The notes beneath the pieces were generated by a model. That model was not told the DNA's origin, made no database searches, and saw nothing but the letters and a program-made list of their open reading frames with translations. Position numbers and translations under genes: made by a program. From Welwitschia mirabilis (Eukaryota): a stretch of DNA of 49,558 bases. Shown piece by piece: positions 1 to 11,149 of this stretch (within the stretch, counting starts at the first letter, position 1; the number at the start of each line of letters is the position of its first letter). The stretch spans positions 31,794,087-31,843,644 of the forward strand of contig JBOZIK010000001.1 in the NCBI GenBank assembly GCA_051453625.1. Direction: 5' to 3'.

Positions 1-1146
1 AATTATTAGCATATTTGGAGGTTTGTCAGGCTTATTCTAACACTGCATACTTGACAGAATGACTCATCATGTAAGACACTGACTTACCTTTGAGATTGGA
101 GATAAGGAAGTTTGTCATTCCTTATCTCATCCTCATGATAGTTAGGACAATAACACTATTGACATGGAAAAAATATATGGGACTGATAGTCAGGCATGAA
201 GATGATGAAGTACCTTTTTGATGTAGGATGACATCCCCTCTATCATCCTCATGACAGTCAGGATAATAGCTCTTTTTTTATGGTAAAAAAGAATTATCTT
301 TGTAATGGGGTTAAATAATTCATTTAGGCTGTTAGGATTTCTTTTTCAAGTTCTAGGGTTGATTTTCTAGAACTTCAATGTAAAACTATAAATGCCCTTT
401 CCCTCAGTTATTTTTGTTTNNNNNNNNNNNNNNNNNNNNNNNNNNNNNNNNNNNNNNNNNNNNNNNNNNNNNNNNNNNNNNNNNNNNNNNNNNNNNNNNN
501 NNNNNNNNNNNNNNNNNNNNNNNNNNNNGATGCTACTATTTTATTATTAACGGATGTAAGTATTCTTGAATTAATCTAGTTACCGTTTGAGTCAATGCAA
601 TTTCTATTTTTATTTTAATTCTGTGTATGTCCCTTATGGTTTACATTGATTATAGTTTAAAGTGATGATTCTATGATTTATCTAGATCATAAGGGCAACC
701 TTTGTCAAGGTTGATCTTGCTTAGTATTATATTTGTATTGCTACTTCATTCCATTCCTCATTGCATTTTATATCTTACTTGGTAGATCTCATAGTTCATG
801 TTCATTAGGAATAAGTTGATTACTCTTCTTAGTTAATTTGAATTACAGAAAAGCTACTTCTTGTGACAAAAGAATTAGGAATTAATAGAACTCATTTCAT
901 TTCTATTTGTATTTAATTTCTATTCACTTGTATTGCATTTATTTTGTTATTTACCTTTAGCTATTATAATATAAAAAGAACAAAAATATGTTTGGAAGTC
1001 AATTTTTTAACTGTTAGCCTAGTGCCTTCAATGGGTTTATGACATTCAGGTAAACTTCCATCTATACTAGCATGTTTTTTTCTGCAAGTTATTTGATCTA
1101 TAGGTTTACCTAAAGAACTTTAGGATTGCATAAATTTATACTGAAT
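1..1146 (+). repeat. Partial LTR of the Ty3/gypsy family represented by LTR C (contains an N gap)
   Basis: 1018-1090 (cctagtgccttcaatgggtttatgacattcagg...tctgcaagtta) is the reverse complement of ~3720-3792 in LTR C. It also carries the family hairpin motif (240-269) and a ctataaaat TATA-like box near 387. Confidence 0.75.
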
Positions 1147-1270
1147 TAGTAAGGATGACACTGAGGATGGNNNNNNNNNNNNNNNNNNNNNNNNNNNNNN
1201 NNNNNNNNNNNNNNNNNNNNNNNNNNNNNNNNNNNNNNNNNNNNNNNNNNNNNNNNNNNNNNNNNNNNNN

Positions 1271-1636
1271 CCAAAAAGCACATCTATCTAAAAGATTACA
1301 GGGAGCATAAATATTGATCATACTAATAATTATGTTATTTCAATTAAATCAAATCCATACACAATTACCCTCAAGATCCTGATCATGATCAATAATATGA
1401 TTGGTAAGCTTCTGGTGAAGAAGAATAACTGCTCCTCCTCTACCTCTAGAGTGGCAGGAAAAGTAAGAAGAACTTCTAGGAAAGATGCTTTTACAAGCTC
1501 CTTGAAGTTAGAAACCTTAAATTTTAACTTCTTGAAGAAAAAATATATCTAGAATTTTTTTAGCTATATAATCTTAGACAATATATTTTCTTTGGGAGTC
1601 CGAGAGTCCCCAAACATTCTAAGAGATAAGATTCAT
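1271..1636 (-). pseudogene. LINE ORF2 N-terminus (APE-type endonuclease), truncated at the gap
   Basis: MNLIS*NVWGL...DIFFLQEVK...MINIYAPC match the SWNVRGL, LQET and NIYAP endonuclease motifs. Confidence 0.85.
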
Positions 1637-2867
1637 GATGAAGGATCAAGGGAGGATCCTAATCCCTCATTTATAACCTGCTAAGAATTTGTAGACTTGA
1701 AACTATTAACTATTGATCTATTTAGTCTTTAGAATTAATTTAAGATACCATTTCTAGATTTAGTTATATGATTTATTACACTAGAGGAACTAAATAAGGG
1801 ATTGTTCTAGTAACATGAGCATAGGATTTTTTACTAACCATTTACTAGCCTTCATTTATATTAGTATCCTTGTTGAGAGGTTTGGGATTTTGTGTGGTAG
1901 CTTGATTATCCTCATGACAAGCAGTGCAACCCTCTTCTGAAGATTTTTGAGAAAGGTTCCCTTTATCCATGTTTTCTTGATACCTTTGTTGACCTTGAAA
2001 TCATCTGTTTCAGAAGTGATATGATTGTCATGATTTATTTCTTGAGAAGATTTAAGATTTTCTTTTATGAGCTTAGATTACTTTTTTTGCTAAGATTCTA
2101 TATGCTTTCATCTTGGCTAGAAGTGTGGAACAACGTGCCCTTACATGATCAGGTTCCTTGTAATAGTAATAGAAATTTAGCAGAGTTAAATAGGTGACTT
2201 TTTGGAGAAGAATAGCACCATTAGCTGATAATCGAATAACCTCTGGAAGTGATTTATTTAGATCAACGAAGACACAAATTCTTCTTGTAGGTTGAGCTCA
2301 TAACCCTGAAAAGGTCTCAATTCCAATAACATGTCCAATTTTTGCAGCTAGAATATCAACATGTGGAAGAAAATTTACTATAAGATTCAAAAATTATATC
2401 TAGATAGGAATGGTACTCTGAGCAGCTTTCTCTGGATCAAAGCCTTTAAACCATGGCTATAAAATAAGATATGTTTTTAAAATATTCTAAACTAGTTGTT
2501 GCTTTATCCAATCTGATGTTTCCTTAGATTTAAAACCAAAAAGAAAGAAACCTTTAGTCATATTGGAGAGAACGGAAACTCTGATATTCCTACTAACCCA
2601 ATTTTTCTGAATCTATTCATTGAGAGTAGAGAAGAAAGGAATTTTGCTAGTGAATAAACCTATGGCATATAATTGTTCTAAGGTGTGAACAGTTTTGTCA
2701 AAAAGATCTTGTGGAAACTCTAAATTCACCATAACACAATCATTGTTTGAGGTCATATCATTATCTACTTCTACTATCATAGAGTTAAGAGGAAAATCAT
2801 CCATTTCTATCCTTTTTTTATTTGAAAAAGCATTTGTAAATGACAAAGATGGTTTAAGTGAGGACAT
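1633..2867 (-). pseudogene. LINE ORF1 remnant (DUF4283-like plus degenerate zinc knuckle)
   Basis: MSSLKPS...TKGFFLFGFKS...PWFKGFDPEK...IPI*I*FLNL...AKIGHVIGIE...RRICVFVDLNKSLPEVI...YYYYKEPDHVRARC, with in-frame stops. This is the motif order of plant L1 ORF1. Confidence 0.8.
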
Positions 2868-3058
2868 TTAATAGAAAAATAGATAAATATAAAAAGAGGA
2901 GAACTTTCGTGGTAATGATGCAAGTCCTTTGCGTGTAGGAGTTTTGCTAAGGAGAAACATGCATGAAAATAATTTCATTAAAGAACTGCACTACTATTCA
3001 AAATAAACATTGCGCTTTATGAATGTAAAAGTACTGCCATGCAAGATCTAATGAAAAT

Positions 3059-3611
3059 GCCCTCTACTAAGTCCTTGTCTTTCTATAACTCTCAAGATAG
3101 ATCTATTGCCCTTTGATCTTCTATCATGAGAATCTCTGGTGCATCGAAGGGTGTCTTATTTATAGGAAATACAACAGAAAAGGACAAATGCTTATTTAGT
3201 ACTTAGAAATAAATGAAATGTCTGACATAATCTATTAGTGACAGTTACATGTCCATGTCATTCGAGCTATCGTCTGGACAACATGAGGGATGATAGACTA
3301 TTACAAAATATCTTTAAAATGATGACTCAGTGGTTCACATAGGTTGTCATCCTCCTGCTTATCGTGTGGATGATAAAGGGGATGATGGTCTTTTTTAATG
3401 TCTTTCTTATGGAGAAACTTTGTGATTTTGTCATGAAAATCTTTGTTCTTTGGAATGTGCCTTAAATGTGTTAAATTTGAATAATATCTGCACTTCTCTG
3501 AGATTTTTTCTTGTATCTCCAAAATCCTTAAAATTGCACCTTAACCTGTATAAAGGTCCTATAAAACAACTCATAAAACCCATCAAATAACTGTAAATTG
3601 GCAGCGTAACA
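3059..3611 (-). repeat. LTR D: 5' part of a B/E-family LTR, truncated by the LINE
   Basis: The reverse complement begins TGTTACGCTGCCAATTTACAGTTATTTGATGGGTTTTATGAG, matching the LTR starts at 9380, 28650 and 36104. It includes the ctataaataag TATA box. Confidence 0.85.
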
Positions 3612-3641
3612 TAGTGATAATTCTCTAGCTCCTTGTGGCCT

Positions 3642-3659
3642 ACCTCAACAACAGTGACA
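3642..3659 (-). promoter_or_regulatory. Degenerate primer-binding site (tRNA-Asp type) after LTR C
   Basis: The minus strand reads tgtcactgttgttgaggt directly after the LTR end, against the Athila-type TGGCGCCGTTGCCGGGGA. The following sequence resembles the post-PBS leader of B and E. Confidence 0.55.
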
Positions 3660-3662
3660 AAA

Positions 3663-5022
3663 TTTTATGATATGAATTTATGTAATCTTTAAGTTCTTAG
3701 GAAAACTTGTAAATCAAATGACTTGCAGAAAAACACATACTAGTATAGATGAGAATTAACTTGAATGTCGTAATCCCAATGAAGGCACTAGGTTTAGAGT
3801 TAGAGAATTGTTTTCCAAAAGTATTTTTGATCTTTTATCTTTAATAAATAAAAGTAAGTAATAATGTAAAATGCAATGCAATGGTGAATGAAGATGAAAT
3901 GTAATGGATGAGAATGAAAATGAAATGGATTCTATTTGGATCCTAGTCCTTCTGTCATAAGAACTAACTCTCTATAATTCAAATCAATTAAGAAAACTTC
4001 ATCACTTGATCCTAATCAATGTAAACTATGAGATATGCCAAATATAATATGAAATATGATATGGAATTAGAATAAAATAGCAATGCAAATCTAAACTAAC
4101 AACATCAACCTTAATAAAGATTGCCCTTATGATCTAAATAAATTATAGAATTATTACTAAATTATAATCAACTTAAAACATAAGGTACATAAACATAATT
4201 ATAGTGAAAAGGGTAATTGAATTAATTAAGAACTTTTACATTCACTTATAACAAAGTAGCAATACTTCAATGGATGATACTCAGCCCAACACCAAGGTAA
4301 ACTTCTCTTTATAGTTACTAAATAAACCTCTTTCCTTCATTATTCTATCATAAGAACATTGGGCATAAAAAGATAAATTAAAAATGAGGACAAGGGAGCT
4401 ATTAATAGTTTTAAATTTAAGGTTCTAGAACCATAACCCTAGAAGTCAGAAAAGAAACCCTTGTAGCCCAACTGGGGTGCGTGACCTAATTACAAGATAA
4501 TTTAGTTTCATTTAAATAAAATAGTTGTCGTCCTAACTATCATGGGAACGACACTGTGGATAAAGCCCCATCACAAAAGATAATTCATCAACTTTCAACT
4601 CCATAATTAATCTCACAGTTGGCTTCAAATGTATCATCATACCTCATGTCATGGGTGTGACACTGGGGATGACTCCTCCTTAGAAAAAAGTGATTGTTAA
4701 CTCTAAGCTATAGTTTAAGTTATTATTGTAATAGAATAATAGGATGTTGTTGTTCTATCTATTGTGGGAATGATAGCAGAGGAAAAATCCTTCCAAAGCT
4801 CTCCAACTAAAGAAAATTAGCCTTCTTTATCATTAATCTTTCTCTAATACACTAAGTACTAGAACATGCTTTAAATGCCTTTAGATATGCCAATAATTGC
4901 ATGTTTTCATGATCATTTCATTGACTCTCCACAAACATAATAATTTCATCTAAACCTATATAAGTATCTTACAAAAATGCTCCAAATACACAATCAAATT
5001 TCTACAAATTAGCATCACAACA
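3663..5022 (-). repeat. LTR C: 5' LTR of a gypsy element inserted into the RNase H of element A
   Basis: The minus strand starts TGTTGTGATGCTAATTTG, ends next to a PBS remnant and contains hairpin motifs. It begins immediately after the codons for ...VYIDHA of A's RNase H. Confidence 0.8.
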
Positions 5023-8000
5023 TGCATGGTCAATATATACATTTGTACAAAAACGTGAAAGATAGTGTCTAAGATTATGAAGGTATAAGATTATGACTAG
5101 CATTTCTTTTTTAGTAGTCATATAATTTAATTAATTGTTAGATAAAGTTTTGCTATGATAAGATATAAATTTAAAATCATTTTCATACTTTTGTCCAAGA
5201 ACCCCACCCCCTATAATATTACTAACATCACATATTAATTCAAAATATTTATTCTAATTAGTTCTTATTACACTAGGTATAGAAGAGATTTATCTTTAAT
5301 TGTTTCAAAAGAAAGCTAACAAAATTTATTTCATTCAAATTTAGTTTCTTTTTTAAGTAATAAGTGAATGGGTTTAACAATTTTATAATAATCCTAAATA
5401 AAATGATAATAAAAACCATAATAATAATGGAAAGATTAAACTTGTTTTATATTTGTTAAAGAATTAGGTTTTTAATGATACTTAATTTTTTAGGGTCTAT
5501 CCTAATTCCTTTACTAGAAATGTTGTAACCAAAAATAATTCCATTATCAACTAGAAAGAAACTCTTTACTCAACTCAAATGTAGGTCACCTTTAATGCAT
5601 CTATCAAGAACCTTTTGTAACATTTCTAAGATTTGTTTAAAGTTTTTATCAAAGATTAATAATTCATCCATAAAAATTTCAATTAAATCCTATAATATAT
5701 TAGTAAAGATACCCATCATTACATGTTAAAAATTACTAGGGCACTACAAAGTCTAAAAGGCATGCATATAAAAGAAAATATTCCAAAAGATGAAGTGAAA
5801 GTTATTTTTACTTGATTCTCACTAGCTATAAAAACTTCATTATTATTATTATGCCCATTAAGAAAGAAATAAGAGATGTTCCCTTAGATTCTATAAAGTA
5901 TTTGGTCAAGAAAAGTTAAATGATAATCATCTTTCTTTGTTACTTTATTTATCTTCATAAAATCAATACACATTCTTCACTTTCCATCTTTCTTAGGTAC
6001 TACCATCAAAGGGATAATCCACTCACTATTAGATATGGCATAAATAATTCTAGAATCTATTAATTTAATAATTTCATCTTTATAACTTGTTTAAGAACTT
6101 TATTTAGTCTACATTAGGGTTACCTAATACATTTTGCATTATCTTTAAGGTAGATTTTATGTTAAATAATGAAAGTAGGAATGGATATTAAATCTTTATA
6201 GGACCAAGAAAATGTATTAACCTCAAAATTCAAAAGTAAGATTAAAATTAATTCTTATTAAGAAAAAAGATTCTTGTTTATTATCAAAGGTTTATTTTAA
6301 TTATTACATAGGAAGATATATTTCAGTCCACTAGGTAAAGGTTTGAGATTTAAATTTAGATTTTTAATTTTTTATTAAATTTTTAGCAAAGTTGACTATC
6401 ATCTGAGACTATAGTTCAAATAATTAGGATGGATGACCTCCCTTAAAATAATAAATCTTAGTTTTTTTTAGATGTTTGACTTATTTATAAATTACATTTT
6501 TAATTTCTTTAGTCTTTTGATTAAAGCAATCAGTATATAAAAGTATATAGTTGAGTTGATCATCATCGAAAGCCTTTAATTTTTTTACTTCAAGTGGATT
6601 TTCAAATAAGGGAGGCTCATAAAGCATTAGCCATCTTTCTTCAAGTGGACGATGCTATATAAACTGAGTTAGCTTAATTTCTTCTTTAATATTAAAATCA
6701 TCATTTAAATCCTTTTTAGTGGCATTAAAAACTCTAATGGTAAACTTTTTATTTTCTAAGTGACATTCCATTATTCCAGTTCTTGTATCAATAATATAAT
6801 TGATTGTTACACAAAATGCTCTACTTAAAAGTATTGAATAACCTTAATTATGCTCAACTTCAATCATAAACACATCTATTGGATAGAATGCTTTCTCAAT
6901 TTGAATCATAAAATCTATGATTACTTTTAAACATTTCTTCACTAATGTATCTACTAATTCTAAGACAATTCATGTAGGCTTAATTCTACTTTCCAAACTA
7001 AGTCATTGATAAATATGTAAAGGCATAATATAAACAATCACTCCTATATCAATTAAGGATTTTTTTATTCTCTTATTTCTTTTAATATAACCAAAATTGT
7101 TGTTGCCCTTAGATCCTTAAATTTTAAATGTTTTTTTGTAAAACTAAGTTGGTCATAGATTAGGCTAGAAAGAATTTACTAGGTATAGTACATTTTGTTT
7201 TCTCTGAATTAGATTTTTTTACAAATTAAAATATTTAGGATTACTTATAAAAGTTTTCAAAATGATAAATTTATTCTCCCATTTTGCATTAAGGCTTTAA
7301 GATGTAAATCAAAAGTAGGATTGATATTTCATCTATCAAGCCAAGGGATAGTAGGTTTCTTACCGTTATCTTAAATGAATCTTTTTCGTTATTATTTAAA
7401 GGAGAAGGAAAAGTATGATTTTCTAATATTTCAATATCCTCTTCTTCTTCATCATTCTTATCATTTTGAGAAGTTCTTATCATTTTGGAAAGTTGAACAC
7501 TTATGGTAGAAGGTGTTATATGATTTTCACTTCTTATCATAACCTTATAAAGTTTTCTTACTTTATTAGGATTTGGTAAAATTCATGTTGTAAGTGATTC
7601 TTATGGCTTTTGATTTATAGGAATAGTTTATTGAAAAACATTAATAAGATTTTCAATGTTTGAATTTATTTTTTCTTGATATTTTCTTAACTCAGCAATG
7701 GAATTTGTAAGTGGATCATTTTGATTTTGTGAATTTGATATGCTTATTTGATAATTTGTATTACTTGGTTGGAAGTTTGAGCTATTTGTTCAAAAGTTAG
7801 CATTCTCAAATCTATTTCTAAATGGTTAAAAACTTAGATGATTTACTTGAAAGTTCTTAAATTTGTTCTAAAACGTAGGTTAGAAATTTTGTTGTCCATT
7901 CATCCTAGGTTAAAATTGATTTTGATGTTGATTTTGATTTTAGATTATAAAGTTTGAAGACCTTTGGTTGAATGCACACATCTCTTCATAAATTTTTTCT

Positions 8001-9090
8001 TTTTAAGTAGGTAATAAAGGACATTATTTTTTTTACATGATAGTTGTCTTTACATAAAGTACAAGTTGAAACTATAATAACACTCCTTTCCATTACCACC
8101 TTTACATCTAAGATCATTTGAGTGTGTTTTTCTAGTATTGTTGTGATACCCTTAATTATATTTGTTCATTTTTTCTTGTTTTTACTTCCTCATATTTTTA
8201 TTTTATGTCTTTAAGATCTTTTATAATTTAGCCTATAGTAGAATTTTCTTTAGGTGTTAGTTTAGGTCATTTTTAACTTACTTCTATTAGTTATTCCAAC
8301 AATCTCCATGAATTTTATAATGTGAGATTCATCAAATGTCTTTCACATGAAAAGTCCACAAATTGTTTGATTTATCTATTAAATTCACTAGAGAAATAAT
8401 CTAGTAATTCTTCTTGAGTGAATGCATCTATAGGATTAGGATGTATTATAGTACAAAAACATTCATTGATGGAGGCAAAATATTTATTATATTGTTATTA
8501 GAAATTTGCTAACTCTTTTTTTCTTTTTTATTTTTTGGGTTTCACTTATGAATCTTTTTTATAAATGCTTCTTAAACTTGGTTTCATGTACTTAAACTTT
8601 TACATGTAGTAGTTCTTAACCATAATTTTTCTTTTCATTTTAAAGTGATGGGACAAATAAACATGTAAGTATATCACTAATTTAGTTTTTTTATTATTTT
8701 TAGAAGTAAGCACTAATTGTTTAATGTCAGTTATATGTTACAGGGGGTCTTTGTTATTTTTTGCATTAAAAATAAGGTAAGCATTTAAATTTATTATCTT
8801 GATATCATCACCAAGAGATAGATTAAAAGGGTTTTGCATTTCACATTTCTTATTTGTAATTAGTTATTTAAGAGTAAATTAGCATTTGGATTTAGGAGGT
8901 AGTATAGGTTTTGATCATAATAGGGGAATTAGGTGAAATAACCTGTTTTTGTTTTTGTAATGAATTTGACATTATAATAAAATTGATTTCTTTTGAACTA
9001 TTTTTTGAAAAATTTTCTTCGAAAAAATTATATTTAAAAACAATAAATGTAGAGAAATCTTATACTTAATTATTGAAATATTTTGCATAC
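5023..9090 (-). pseudogene. Element A gag-pol remnant (gag, aspartic protease, RT, N-terminal RNase H)
   Basis: Protease SLIDIGVIVYIMPLHIY (~7000-7060). RT IIYAISNSEWIIPLMVVPKKDGK*RMCIDF, CMPFRLCSA and IEIFMDELLIF (~5650-6060). RNase H NYMTTKKEMLVI...YIDHA. Many stops and frameshifts. Confidence 0.9.
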
Positions 9091-9379
9091 CTAAGGTGTG
9101 TGTACCTAGGTTAAGTTCATAATTAGCCATACCTTCTTGGATGTTTTATTTAATCAACCACTATCTTTAATATTTTGCATTTTTACTAAAGTTTATCATG
9201 TCCTACCATGCTTAGTTTTATTTCTGTACATGTCACCTTAATGGTCATCTAGGTAATGTATCTAAATGATAATAGACACAAAAAAATCAAAAATGAAGAA
9301 TACCAAAAAATAGAATCCCAAAATAACATAGAATCTAAACTATCAGTTGCCTATTAAGTAATATGGATGACAAAGGGAA

Positions 9380-10458
9380 TGTTGTGTTGCCAATTTGTAG
9401 TTATTTAATGGGTTTTATGAGCTATTCTACTAGACATTTACACATGTTTAGGTGTAAATCTGATGATTTGGAAGAACTAATATAAGATCTTAGAAATATG
9501 CAATTATTTCCTAGATTTGATGCATTTAAGACATATTCTGATATATAGAGCCTTCGAAGAAGGTTATTAACAAAAAGGCTAGTTTCTTCTTTACAAGATC
9601 ATCAAAGAAAACCATCATCCCCTCTATCATCCTCATGACAAATAGGACGATGACACTATTAGTCGATGACATGAATGGCTAAATCACTGTGAGTCATCTT
9701 TTTGAATCACTTTTTATAATGAGTTGTCATTCCCCCATGTCCTTTAGATGATATTTAGGATGACATTGACGTGTAACCAACTCTGCTAGCTGACCCTTGA
9801 TCATTTCATCTATTTCTTTTATGTAAAAGAATGCGTTTTTAGAGGGCCTTCTTTTATCATTTTCTATTATGTTTTATTATAAATAAGTGTCCCTTCGACT
9901 CTCCTTATCATCTTGATTGCACTGAAAATTCTCGTGATATGAGATCAAAGGATGAAAAATCCATCTCAAATGTTGTAGAAAGACATTCCTTTGGTTGAGG
10001 GCTATGCATCCTCCATTGAAGCCTAACTATTTTGTAACCTAAATATTTGATAACTTATTAATATAAACTCTACTTTCTTTATTACATATTAGATTTTCTA
10101 ATGACCCTTATGGTTTATGATAGCCCTTGATCTAGTGACAATTTCTTGGATGATATACTTCATCAAGGATGGTATTTGTTAAGGCTAAAAGGAAGTAGCT
10201 TAGGATCCTTTACATTTGCATTTAGATTAGATTGCATTTTTATTTGTAATATTTTCTTTCATTGTTCTTTATTTTTAGTTTCTATTTATTTATGAAAAGC
10301 AATCTAAGTGTTATCTCATAGTCTTAAAGAAGAATATAATATTTGGGTTAACTCCAACTTATACAAGTGTGTTGTATTGTGTGAGATATCTATCTTATTT
10401 TATAAATGATTAAATTCTTGTGAATATACAAAAACTTGCACAAATACACACCATAATA
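9380..10458 (+). repeat. Element B 5' LTR
   Basis: Starts TGTTGTGTTGCCAATTT and ends cacaccataata (CA>TA). Colinear with 16083-17151. Confidence 0.9.
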
Positions 10459-10461
10459 AAT

Positions 10462-10479
10462 TGGCACCATTTCTGAGGA
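10462..10479 (+). promoter_or_regulatory. Element B primer-binding site (tRNA-Asp type, degenerate)
   Basis: tggcaccatttctgagga lies 3 nt after the LTR and differs from TGGCGCCGTTGCCGGGGA mostly by transitions. Confidence 0.7.
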
Positions 10480-10589
10480 AGGCTATTGAGGAGTATGAGG
10501 GTTTTCATCATTCGAGTGAGTATATCAGATTTTTGTTTGGTTGTTTATTTATAGAAAGATTGTATTTTTACTAGAAATAATAGGTTTTC

Positions 10590-10820
10590 TATTTTTAGTT
10601 TTTATTTTTTCATATTTTTTATTCTTGGTCTTTATTTTTTCAGTTTTTTAGTTTTTTGGTTCTTGGTTTTTATTTTTTTAGTTTTGTAGTTTTTTTATTC
10701 TCGATTTTTACTTTTTTAATTTTTTAGTTTTTTGGTTTTTATTTTTTATTTTTTTTAGTTTTTTAATTTTTTGTTTTTATTTTTTTTTATCTTTTGGTTT
10801 TTGGTTCTCTATTTTTTGTA
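10590..10820 (+). repeat. T-rich low-complexity, imperfect tandem tract in the B leader
   Basis: Repeating ttttagtttttt/ggttcttggtttttatttt units. Confidence 0.6.
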
Positions 10821-11149
10821 GTCTATAATAATAGTTATCTTCTTCTTTGTCCTCCCATAATCAAGTGGATGACTGTTGATTTTTCTATTCTTTTGTCTTC
10901 TATTTTTAAATTTTGGATGATAGTTTTCTATGAGCATAATAATAATTGTGTCATCTTCTTTTCCGTCTGGACGACTAGAAGGATGATAGCCTACACATGT
11001 TTTTCCAGTTTTTAGCTTTCCACTCTATTAAGTTTCTATTTTTTGCTCTTTATTTTCATCATCCCTTCTCTTATTCCCATGATAAAAAGAATGACAGTGT
11101 TGTTTTTTTATCTCTTTTCTATTATTTTCTATTTGTAGGATGCTGTGAC

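Larger units (their letters stand above)
1271..3058 (-). mobile_element. L1-type LINE, 5' portion (5' UTR, ORF1, start of ORF2), decayed and lost into the N gap
   Basis: The minus strand reads a DUF4283-like ORF1 followed by an APE endonuclease N-terminus. The upstream boundary is where similarity to LTR D stops (~3058). Confidence 0.85.

Noticed and set aside
120..270. CRISPR-like reading of the palindromic repeats
   Set aside because: Spacing is irregular, copies are degenerate and in both orientations, there are no cas genes, and the context is eukaryotic LTRs.
3301..3522. Short ORFs inside LTRs (also 16977-17159, 28630-28962, 36147-36362, 36541-36732)
   Set aside because: They lie in LTR sequence and are not consistently open across LTR copies, so they are chance ORFs.
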